Of a stretch of 64,000 nucleotides of DNA, positions 41,149-50,184 are shown piece after piece. The stretch is from Candidatus Cloacimonadales bacterium (GTDB lineage: Bacteria > Cloacimonadota > Cloacimonadia > Cloacimonadales > DAONDQ01): NCBI GenBank assembly GCA_963662275.1, contig OY759316.1, forward strand, positions 1,984,001-2,048,000. The letters are read 5' to 3'. The notes under the pieces are model-generated. The model was not told the origin of the DNA. It ran no database searches and saw only the letters and a list, made by a program, of their open reading frames with translations. Positions within the stretch are counted from its first letter, which is position 1, and each line of letters opens with the position of its first letter. Position numbers and translations under genes: made by a program.

Positions 41149-44123
41149 TGCAACAAAACTCGGAGGAAAGGGCTTCTGATTCAATCGCTATTATCTATGC
41201 TCAATTACTACGTATTGATAAAAAAGAGAATGAATCCCAGGTTATCACTTATACTCTTCATTGTATTGACCTAAGGAAAAATGAATCATTTGTAGTTGAA
41301 GCCTGTTTTGCAGAAAGACAGCCTGGAAATGATTTAGATTTCGTTTCTCTTGCCTGGGAAGGTGCACTAGTCAATTTCATCAATTCAACAATAAGCACGA
41401 ATGATAGAACTCTATTTGTCCAGCACCCGGATACCATGATTGTTCTCGAACCGGACTATTTGATTGATGCATCTGCGATTGCTGAATGTTTCATGGATCG
41501 AACGTATAATCTGATGTTGTATTTTTTGCAGCGTTGCCTACCTAGTCCTTCAAGCCCATCAATGATTTCCGGGATCTTGGTAAATCAACTATTAGATGCG
41601 TATCTCGAAGAAGAATGTCCTGATTTCCAAACAGTTTTCAAACAAGCTCTCATTTCCAATATCTTCACGGCTCTTTATATTGGTTCGGAAGAACTGAATA
41701 GACTACGCAGGCAGGTTACTCTGGAACATCTGCCGGTGATTCGGAACATAGCTGCATTGTGGAAGGATAAGCAGAAAACGCTGGAACCTTCATTTATTTC
41801 AATTGATTATGGTTTACAGGGAAGATTGGATGTACTTTTGGAAGTTCGAAGTGCAGATGAAGAAGATCACCCTGCCTCTCTTCTCAAGGGGGGAAGTACG
41901 AAAATGGAAGATGAAGAAGATCACCCTGCCTCTCTTCTCAAGGGGGATAATAATAGGGATATCATCGAACTGAAGAGCAGTAAAGCCAGGGATAGGGATG
42001 TTTGGACAAATCACAGGATGCAGGTAGTATGCTATCATCTGATTTTGCGTTCAGTTTATGGAAATAGCCGTAAAGGAAATAACTACATTTTGTATTCTCG
42101 TGCCCCGAATCATCCTCTTCGGGAAGTTCCAACATCCAATGTATGGGAAAAACAGGTTATTTCAGTTCGTAATGCTATCATTTCCAAGATTCATGCGATC
42201 GCCTTCGAAAAAGATTCACTATTGAATATGAATGTTGAGAATTTCGGTGAATTCCCTATTTTTAAAAAAGATGACCTGGTTGAGTTTCAATACCTGGTAA
42301 AACAGCTATCTTCCATCGAATCCATTTATATTGATAAGTTCGTCCAATTTCTCTTTAGGGAATTATGGCATACGAAAGTGGGTGTCTCATCCCAACTGAA
42401 TAAAAGAAATTATGGTTTTAGTGCACTCTGGAAGTTGTCGAAAAATGAAAAGAAAGAAGATTTTACTATCATGGAAGGACTTTCATTTTCTTCAATTATT
42501 GATAATCAGATCATCTTCCAGGTCAATCAAGATAAGAATGTTACGAATTTTCGGAAAGGTGATATTGTTATTCTTTATCCAGGCTGTGCAGATGAGAGAA
42601 TCCTTCTGAAGGATCAAATACGGAAAGGATTCATTGTAGAACTGAGTCATACTCAATTAGTACTGCAAATGAAGAATCCTGGCAGTTTACAGCATCTTCT
42701 GGATCAGTATCGGCAATGGGTCATCGAGCATGATTTTATGGAAAGCGGTACGATAAATATGATTCGGGGTATGTTCAATTTTATGCGGGGAGACAAGACA
42801 AAAAGAGAATTAATTCTAGGTATTACTCCTCCTAAATCATTATCTATTCAACTACCAGACCGTGATGATGAATCGGAAACCATCATTCTGAAAGCACTTG
42901 CTGCACAGGATTACTTCCTGGTGCAAGGACCTCCCGGAACTGGGAAGACATCCCGCATCCTGACTTCATTGGTTTCGAGGATTCTGGTTCAAACTCATGA
43001 ACATATGATGATACTGGCGTTTACCAATCGGGCAGTTGATGAAATCTGTGACCGATTGGAGCAGTATGATATTGATTTCATCCGTCTTGGCAATGGGATG
43101 AATACGAAGTATCATTATCTTCCCCAAATGATACAGGAAATGACATTCAAAGAGATTGAAGAACTAATCTCTTCGACTCGTGTGTTTGTTTCAACCGTAT
43201 CCTCTTTGTTAAGTCAATACCAGGAATTGTTGAGAATCAAGAACTTTGATACTCTCTTCGTTGATGAAGCTTCACAACTCCTGGAACCGCATTTGGCTGG
43301 AATTCTCATCCATTTCAACCGTTTTATCCTGATTGGTGACCAAAATCAATTACCCGCTGTTGTTTCTCAAAACGCAGATGAATTGTTTTCTGCTGATCCT
43401 TTATTTTCCGATTTGGCATTTCATAGTCTGCACCAATCTTTATTTGAAAGATTATACCGAAGATGTGTGGAGCAGCATTGGAATCATGCTTTCGATATGC
43501 TGACAAACCATTATCGGATGCATTCGGATATCGAAAATCTAGTGAATCCTTTCTATCATAACAGATTGAAAGCTAATTCCGCGAGACAGTCTCTCGAATG
43601 GAATAAAATAGCAGCTACCGGGGAAAGGATTGATGAAATTCTTGCCAGTAGCCGGGTTATTTTTCTTGAAGTATCACCCAATACAGAATTCAAACGTTCT
43701 GCAAATGAAGCCAGGATAGTTGATTTACTGCTGCAAGCTATTTATAAACAATACGGGGATTCTTTTGATCAGCAGAAAGTCGGTGTAATAACAACCTGGC
43801 GTGCCCAGATTAATGAAATTGTCTCACATATCAGCGAACCGAATCTGATACGTGATGTGACGGTGGATACAGTTGAGAGATTCCAGGGATCAGAACGTGA
43901 TATCATTATTTTTTCAACGGCATTATCTGCCCCTGGACAATTACAAATTATTCAGTCAATTTCTCCAGATCAAATGGTTGATAGAAAATTAAATGTTGCC
44001 ATCTCTAGGGCACGTGAACAATTTATCCTTCTTGGAGATGCCCTGATATTAAATCAGTCGCTTCAATACAGACGTATCCTGGATTTAATCAGAATCATGC
44101 ACGGTTATTATGTCGTGGAGTAA
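41148..44123 (+). CDS. Dna2/Nam7-like SF1 helicase with N-terminal PD-(D/E)xK nuclease
   Basis: LEPDYLID, GLQGRLD...IELKS...Q...Y; QGPPGTGKT, FTNRAVDEI, VDEASQ, IGDQNQLP, YRMH, DTVERFQGSERD, KLNVAISRA. Confidence 0.9.
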   Translation: MQQNSEERASDSIAIIYAQLLRIDKKENESQVITYTLHCIDLRKNESFVVEACFAERQPGNDLDFVSLAWEGALVNFINSTISTNDRTLFVQHPDTMIVLEPDYLIDASAIAECFMDRTYNLMLYFLQRCLPSPSSPSMISGILVNQLLDAYLEEECPDFQTVFKQALISNIFTALYIGSEELNRLRRQVTLEHLPVIRNIAALWKDKQKTLEPSFISIDYGLQGRLDVLLEVRSADEEDHPASLLKGGSTKMEDEEDHPASLLKGDNNRDIIELKSSKARDRDVWTNHRMQVVCYHLILRSVYGNSRKGNNYILYSRAPNHPLREVPTSNVWEKQVISVRNAIISKIHAIAFEKDSLLNMNVENFGEFPIFKKDDLVEFQYLVKQLSSIESIYIDKFVQFLFRELWHTKVGVSSQLNKRNYGFSALWKLSKNEKKEDFTIMEGLSFSSIIDNQIIFQVNQDKNVTNFRKGDIVILYPGCADERILLKDQIRKGFIVELSHTQLVLQMKNPGSLQHLLDQYRQWVIEHDFMESGTINMIRGMFNFMRGDKTKRELILGITPPKSLSIQLPDRDDESETIILKALAAQDYFLVQGPPGTGKTSRILTSLVSRILVQTHEHMMILAFTNRAVDEICDRLEQYDIDFIRLGNGMNTKYHYLPQMIQEMTFKEIEELISSTRVFVSTVSSLLSQYQELLRIKNFDTLFVDEASQLLEPHLAGILIHFNRFILIGDQNQLPAVVSQNADELFSADPLFSDLAFHSLHQSLFERLYRRCVEQHWNHAFDMLTNHYRMHSDIENLVNPFYHNRLKANSARQSLEWNKIAATGERIDEILASSRVIFLEVSPNTEFKRSANEARIVDLLLQAIYKQYGDSFDQQKVGVITTWRAQINEIVSHISEPNLIRDVTVDTVERFQGSERDIIIFSTALSAPGQLQIIQSISPDQMVDRKLNVAISRAREQFILLGDALILNQSLQYRRILDLIRIMHGYYVVE

Positions 44124-44547
44124 GATTCCGATCTTACTGAATCATAGCTCCGACTTCAAGCGGTTAAGTCTTGTGGAGTAAGATTCCGATCTTACTGAAT
44201 CGTAGCACCGACTTCAGGCGGTTAAATCTTGTGGAGTAAGTTTCCGATCTTACTGAATCGTAGCGCCGACTTCAGGCGGTTATGTCTTGTGGAGTAAGAT
44301 TCCGATCTTACTGAATCGTAGCACCGACTTCAGGCGGTTATGTCTTGTGGAGTAAGATTCCGATCTTACTGAATCGTAGCACCGACTTCAGGCGGTTATG
44401 TCTTGTGGAGTAAGATTCCGATCTTACTGAATCGTAGCACCGACTTCAGGCGGTTATGTCTTGTGGAGTAAGATTCCGATCTTACTGAATCGTAGCACCG
44501 ACTTCAGGCGGTTATGTCTTGTGGAGTAAGATTCCGATCATGCTGTC
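44117..44547 (+). repeat. 7 x 58-bp tandem BIME-like units plus a partial eighth (GTGGAGTAAGATTCCGATCTTACT hairpin + GTAGCACCGACTTCAGGCGGT)
   Basis: GGAGTAAG recurs at 44117, 44175, 44233, 44291, 44349, 44407, 44465, 44523. Confidence 0.95.
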
Positions 44548-44568
44548 TTTATAAAGAGAGGTTGAAAT

Positions 44569-45690
44569 ATGAGAATAGCTTTCTTAGGTCCAGCATATCC
44601 ACATCGTGGTGGTATAGCTCAATTTATGGCAAGTTGGGCAGATAATTTTATTAAAGCCGGACACGAAGTTATGATTTTCTCTTTTATTCACCAGTATCCG
44701 GAATGGCTTTTCCCTGGAAAAGATCAGCAAGATCATAGTGAGACAATCTTACAATTACCTATCCAACCTGTTTTAACACCTTATAATCCACTAACTTTTA
44801 TGAAAACGGTCATAGCAATAAAAAAATATAAGCCTGATGTGTTAATTCTGAAGTATTGGATCCCATTCTTTGCACCGGCATTTGGTTTCATTCTAAGAAA
44901 ACTGAAGCAGCAAACTAAGATTCGGATCCTTTATAACATAGATAATATAGATTTTCATGAAAGATGGTTATTTTCAAATTCTTTAACAAGATATGCGCTT
45001 AGTCCGGCAGATTACTACATGACTATGTCAAATTCTGTTTATCAAAGTTTGAAGCGAATCATGCCCAAAGTAGCAGAGAATAGAATCATACAATCCTATC
45101 ATCCTACCTATGATTTTTATAAGCAAAAGAAAACTCTTTCTCCAGAAAAACCAGCAAATGAAGCTCAACAAATCCTATTTTTTGGATTTATTAAGCATTA
45201 TAAAGGACTTGATACTTTGTTAAATGCCATGCCATTGGTTATCAGTAAGATGCCTAAAATTATGCTGATTATTGTAGGTGAAGTATATGGTAATGATAAT
45301 AAATATAAAAATATGATAACAACTCTGCATATTGAGAGAAATGTCGAATTCCACGCTGTATATGTTCCCAATGAAGAGGTACAGAACTATTTTACCAATG
45401 CTGATGTTTGCGTTTTACCATATCGCACAGCTACCCAGAGCGGAATTACCCAGCTTGCTTTTGCTTTTCACATGCCCGTGATTGCTACAAGAGTGGGTGG
45501 TTTGACAGAAGTTATCGAAGAAGATAAAAACGGCTTTTTAGTTGACCCCGAGAATCCGGAACAACTTGCAGAGGCTATTCTTCGTTTTTATGAAAATAAC
45601 TGCCGACCTCGATTTGTGAAATATATCGCAGAGCAGCAAAGAACATATTCTTGGGAATCACTTGTTAAATCTATTGAGGAATTACTATGA
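44569..45690 (+). CDS. Glycosyltransferase family 4 (GT-B)
   Basis: GPAYPHRGGI, LFFGFIKHYKGLD, LPYRTATQSG, PVIATRVGGL.E. Confidence 0.92.
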   Translation: MRIAFLGPAYPHRGGIAQFMASWADNFIKAGHEVMIFSFIHQYPEWLFPGKDQQDHSETILQLPIQPVLTPYNPLTFMKTVIAIKKYKPDVLILKYWIPFFAPAFGFILRKLKQQTKIRILYNIDNIDFHERWLFSNSLTRYALSPADYYMTMSNSVYQSLKRIMPKVAENRIIQSYHPTYDFYKQKKTLSPEKPANEAQQILFFGFIKHYKGLDTLLNAMPLVISKMPKIMLIIVGEVYGNDNKYKNMITTLHIERNVEFHAVYVPNEEVQNYFTNADVCVLPYRTATQSGITQLAFAFHMPVIATRVGGLTEVIEEDKNGFLVDPENPEQLAEAILRFYENNCRPRFVKYIAEQQRTYSWESLVKSIEELL

Positions 45691-46949
45691 AAAAATTTAT
45701 CCTCCTTTCCTACTATTTCCCTCCATGTGGTGGAGCAGGTGTCCAGAGATGGCTCAGACTTCTGAAGTATCTGCCCGAATATGGCTGGCAACCTACGGTA
45801 ATTACAACGGATGATGGTGATTATCCCGTACGTGATGAATCTCTTTTGGATCATGTACCTAAAAGAGTAAAAGTCATTCATACAAAGACGCTTTCTTTTG
45901 GACATATGTTCAGATCTATGTCTGGAGACCAGGCTGGATTGCCCTATGGAAGTTTACAAACAGATAAGAATGACGGTATTTGGAAGAAATCTCTTTTCTG
46001 GATTCGTTTGAATCTCATTTTTCCTGATGCTCGTGTCATTTGGAATCATTCTTGCCTGAAAGCAGCTTTGAAAGAGCTTCTTACTGATAAATATTCCTGT
46101 GTAATCACTACCGGTCCACCACAATCCACTCATCTGGTTGGAATGAAACTGAAAAAAGCATATCATGTAAAATGGATAGCTGATTTCCGAGATCCCTGGA
46201 CAAAGATTATTTATTTGAAATTCGTTTCTCAGAATCGATTGATTAAGAGATTGAATCTGAGGGCAGAAAGAAAGGCTGTTGCAAGAGCTGATTTGAATTT
46301 GGTCATTTCACAATACATCTCTGATAGTTTGTCGCACGGAAATAAGCAAGTGTTCTGGAATGGATTTGATCCTTCAGATTTCCTGGATATGAAATATGAA
46401 AGAAGTCTTGTATTTCGTATTAAATATATGGGGAATCTGACTGATGGACAAGATATCCATCAAATATTGAAAATACTTCTGAAGTGGCTCGTTAATAATC
46501 CTAAAATTCACATAGAATTCAGTTTTCTTGGTACTTTCCAGGAAATTCCCAAGGATATTCAAGCCTATGGTATCAATATCAGAAATATGGCTTTTATGCC
46601 GCACCAGGAAGCTTTAAAGGAAACTGTTGATGCGGAGCTATTGCTGCTTATTATTAATGAGTATGAAGGGAATGAAGGGATGTTAACCAACAAGCTTTTT
46701 GAATATATCGGTTCCAGGACTCCAATTCTCTGCCTGGGACCACTTCATGGTGAAGCTGCCTCAATCATCACTAAATTCAAGGCTGGAACAGTATATGATT
46801 ATACAGATGAAAATGGGGTACTGAATACTTTAGATTCACAATATAATAAATGGAATACCGGCGAAGATTTACGTAATACTGAGGATATTTCTGAATTATC
46901 CGCTCCTGTTCAAGCTAAGAAGCTTTCTGAAATTCTTGATAAACTGTAG
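45687..46949 (+). CDS. Glycosyltransferase family 4-like
   Basis: YYFPP.GGAGVQR...L.KYL, TTGPP.S.HL.G, WIADFRDPW, KLFEY. Confidence 0.88.
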   Translation: MKKFILLSYYFPPCGGAGVQRWLRLLKYLPEYGWQPTVITTDDGDYPVRDESLLDHVPKRVKVIHTKTLSFGHMFRSMSGDQAGLPYGSLQTDKNDGIWKKSLFWIRLNLIFPDARVIWNHSCLKAALKELLTDKYSCVITTGPPQSTHLVGMKLKKAYHVKWIADFRDPWTKIIYLKFVSQNRLIKRLNLRAERKAVARADLNLVISQYISDSLSHGNKQVFWNGFDPSDFLDMKYERSLVFRIKYMGNLTDGQDIHQILKILLKWLVNNPKIHIEFSFLGTFQEIPKDIQAYGINIRNMAFMPHQEALKETVDAELLLLIINEYEGNEGMLTNKLFEYIGSRTPILCLGPLHGEAASIITKFKAGTVYDYTDENGVLNTLDSQYNKWNTGEDLRNTEDISELSAPVQAKKLSEILDKL

Positions 46950-47097
46950 AGCATGACGCCGATCATGCTGTCTGTTGCGGAGTAAGATTCCGATCATGCT
47001 GCCTGTTGTGGAGTAAGATTCCGATCTTACTGTTTGTTGTGGAGTAAGATTCCGATCTTACTGTCTGTCGTGGAGTAAGAATCCGATCTTACTGTCT
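46946..47097 (+). repeat. 5 x 31-bp tandem REP units (GTGGAGTAAGATTCCGATCTTACTGTCTGTT)
   Basis: Same hairpin as 44117-44547; the first GTAG overlaps the glycosyltransferase TAG stop. Confidence 0.88.
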
Positions 47098-47369
47098 CCG
47101 AATTATTCTTTAGGATACTCTAAGCTACTCGGAAAAAAAGATTTTCGTTACCAATGATCAGAGCAGAGTTCTCCGAGTGAATAGATGGTCATTGAGCGAA
47201 GTCGAAATGCATCTATTAGTATCGAGGAGACGACATTACACTCAAATCGACCTTTCATCCTCGGCAGCGAAAACCTGTTTTCAAGGAAGTTCAGAAGTGA
47301 TATCTTCTATTCTGCAATTCGTAATTCTAATTCGTAATTCGTAATTCTTAATCAGAATTTCTGCTTCTT

Positions 47370-49712
47370 CTATTTCACCTTTATCATCTTCTTAGCATAG
47401 CTATGCCCCGGTTTATCCACTTTGCAGAAATAGACACCCGATGCTGTTGATTTGCCGTTATCATCCAAACCATTCCAGGTTAGCTGAATCGTTCCCGAAC
47501 CCATCTTACCCGCTGCGAGTGTTTTGACCTGCTGACCGCGAATATTGAAGATATTGATTACTATTTCATCAGGTGCGGGTAAATCAAATTCAATCTTTGT
47601 GTTTTCCCGGAAAGGATTAGGATAAATCCTGATATTGGATACATCCGCAATGGGTGTAGTATCATCATGAACATCTACAGAACCGTATTCATAACAGCCC
47701 ATATCAACACCATTCCCATGAATACGGGGAGCGCCGTTCAGATCATAGGGATACAACCCACCCGGCACATCATTTGTCCCTGCATCAATACAGGGAGAAC
47801 CGGAGGCTAGTTCATATGGCTTTTCAGTGTTACCTGAATTGAATAAAGGCAATTCATTAATATTCCCTTCCTGCCAATAAATAGTTCCCCACCAGTCTTC
47901 ATTGAAAACTCCATCAATTCCATCTTGTACATTACAGTGATTAAAAGCCACGTGATTAACCGGCGGATTAGGCTCAAATGGATGAAGCAAATATACCTGG
48001 TGGGATGTATCATTCGCAAATATGCAGTTCCAGAAGTTTACCGAGTCTGCACATATCTGTACTGCTGCACTTGGACTTTCGTTATCAGCAAATGTACAAT
48101 TTATTATATTGAATATCCCAAATCCGGAGAATCCAATAGGTCTCCCTTTATACAAATTATTCGAGAAAGTACTTTGGTTATGAGTAAATAAACAGTTTTC
48201 AATACGATAAGTAGGTACTGCATAGTCTAAACTCGTCGTGACAATAGCTGCACCACCATAAGGGATGTGATCAGTGTTGTTTTGAAAAATGCAATAGCGA
48301 ATCAGTACATTGTCTGATGCATCTGTTCTAAGTGCCCCAGCTTGCTCATAATCTATATAGTCTGAATGATTATCTCTGAAAGTGCAGTTATCAAAGGTTG
48401 CCTTGTCAACTCCGCTCATATAAACACCCGCTATTCCATCGGTACTTGAATTATTGACTACTTGGACATTCTTAAAATGATATTCACCGATATAGATAAA
48501 CATCATGGCAGTATAACTTTCTGTATGACAGTCAGAAACAGTTAAATCTTCAAAGCTGATATCTGTTGAATATGCTCCAAATATAGCACTCTTATGAGAT
48601 TCTGAAAAGCAATTTCTGAATGACATTTTCTTTGTATTAAATTTTCTGCATTGATCTGGAATCATCAACAATTGATATCGCTCATCACCATCGATGATTA
48701 CACTCTCTTGAGATGCTCCTTCAATGTTAACAAATGACTTTCCACTCAATGGAAATTTCTGCTGATTCTCAGAAGTTGAATACACTCCAGGCGAAATATG
48801 TACCGTTTTAGGATTGAGGCTATCGCTGGCAATGTTATGCAATGCCCACGCTATAGTTTTCAATGGTGATGCTGAAGAAAGACCATCGTTGTGATTATTT
48901 CCATTCGCAGCAACATATAGATCATGATTAACCTGTGCCAGAAAGGCATGCTGAATATCAAAGGAAAAGTGATACATATCTTCGATGAAGTTAACGACTG
49001 TATTTGCATAATACCGATCCGGATTAATTACAGTAAATGTATCCACTATGACTGGAACTGTGAGAGGAACATCAATACACAAGAAGTCAGTTCCCTCCCC
49101 CGAATAATTGTTATAGATACTGCAGCGCTCATTTGCATTCATCGAAAAACTCACTTCAGAGCCTTCCAGGCAAATACCGCCACCACCAATTGTAGCGAGA
49201 TTATCAACTAATACGGTATCTTTTAGAACAACATTTGCTCGTCTGGCGTATAATCCCCCTCCAGATTCTGTTTCATTCGCAAAAATGCGACAGCTTTCTA
49301 TGGATAACGAACTATATTCTCCTACTAGTATGCCCCCTCCTTGGATACAGTAGTAGTAATAAAATCCTGCCCCGTTGGTAATAGAGAAGCCGATTATCCT
49401 GGCGGAAGTTTCTCCGCCCATCACACGTACACAACTACCCATCCGTTGACCGTCAATAATCGTCGTCCCGATATAGACAGGATCATTTGTCGTGAACTTC
49501 AAACTGGCAACTGTAATGTTTTTACCGTTAAAATCAATGTTCTCCAAATACCTGCCCGGATGTACAAGTACCAAGTCACCATTATTAGAGGCATTGATGG
49601 CTGCCTGGATGGTTAGGTAATTCCCCAGCCCATCCTGTCTGACAGTGATCGTAATGGCACTTAGTGATACTATTGAGAGCGTAACAATGATCAGCAGCAT
49701 GAATTTTAACAT
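47370..49712 (-). CDS. Secreted right-handed beta-helix (pectin-lyase-like) protein with FlgD-Ig/T9SS-like CTD
   Basis: TIQAAI...GD.VLV.PG.Y.ENI; GGG repeats; SPCIDAG...DLNG.PRI.G..VDMGCYEY; IYPNPF CTD. Confidence 0.82.
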   Translation of the reverse strand: MLKFMLLIIVTLSIVSLSAITITVRQDGLGNYLTIQAAINASNNGDLVLVHPGRYLENIDFNGKNITVASLKFTTNDPVYIGTTIIDGQRMGSCVRVMGGETSARIIGFSITNGAGFYYYYCIQGGGILVGEYSSLSIESCRIFANETESGGGLYARRANVVLKDTVLVDNLATIGGGGICLEGSEVSFSMNANERCSIYNNYSGEGTDFLCIDVPLTVPVIVDTFTVINPDRYYANTVVNFIEDMYHFSFDIQHAFLAQVNHDLYVAANGNNHNDGLSSASPLKTIAWALHNIASDSLNPKTVHISPGVYSTSENQQKFPLSGKSFVNIEGASQESVIIDGDERYQLLMIPDQCRKFNTKKMSFRNCFSESHKSAIFGAYSTDISFEDLTVSDCHTESYTAMMFIYIGEYHFKNVQVVNNSSTDGIAGVYMSGVDKATFDNCTFRDNHSDYIDYEQAGALRTDASDNVLIRYCIFQNNTDHIPYGGAAIVTTSLDYAVPTYRIENCLFTHNQSTFSNNLYKGRPIGFSGFGIFNIINCTFADNESPSAAVQICADSVNFWNCIFANDTSHQVYLLHPFEPNPPVNHVAFNHCNVQDGIDGVFNEDWWGTIYWQEGNINELPLFNSGNTEKPYELASGSPCIDAGTNDVPGGLYPYDLNGAPRIHGNGVDMGCYEYGSVDVHDDTTPIADVSNIRIYPNPFRENTKIEFDLPAPDEIVINIFNIRGQQVKTLAAGKMGSGTIQLTWNGLDDNGKSTASGVYFCKVDKPGHSYAKKMIKVK

Positions 49713-49728
49713 CTTTTCTCCAGGATTA

Positions 49729-49757
49729 TCAGGCAGAGAGACCAGCTCTCTGCCTGA
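49729..49757. terminator. Hairpin TCAGGCAGAGAG-accag-CTCTCTGCCTGA, possible terminator or attenuator
   Basis: 12-bp stem just upstream of the 47370-49712 start; no clear U-tract. Confidence 0.4.
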
Positions 49758-49879
49758 ATCATGTTTTGTCTCTTTACTTCTGTTTATTTTGATACACGTT
49801 TTAGGATATTAAGTAACTTTTATCAGGTGTTAGAGATGAACCATCGCCTTCACAAGGATGACAGTGCTGTTATTCTGAT

Positions 49880-50181
49880 CTTCTGCCCTGACACCTGGCA
49901 CCTAGTACCTAGCACCTAGCACCTAACACCTAGCACCTAACACCTGGCACCTAGTACCTAGCACCTAACACCTAGCACCTAGCACCTAACACCTAGCACC
50001 TGGCACCTGGCACCTAACACCTAGCACCTGGCACCTGGCACCTAACACCTAGCACCTGGCACCTGGCACCTAACACCTAACACCTAGCACCTAGCACCTA
50101 GCACCTAGCACCTAGCACCTAGCACCTAGCACCTAGCACCTAGCACCTAGCACCTAGCACCTAACACCTAACACCTTCTGC
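49880..50181 (+). repeat. 41 mosaic heptamers (CTAGCAC/CTAACAC/CTGGCAC/CTAGTAC) bounded by CTTCTGC at both ends
   Basis: Units span 49888-50174; CTTCTGC at 49880-86 and 50175-81. Confidence 0.97.
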
Positions 50182-50184
50182 AAC

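Noticed and set aside
44117..44547. Possible second CRISPR array
   Set aside because: The sequence between hairpins is repeated, not unique spacers; it is a tandem REP/BIME-like repeat.
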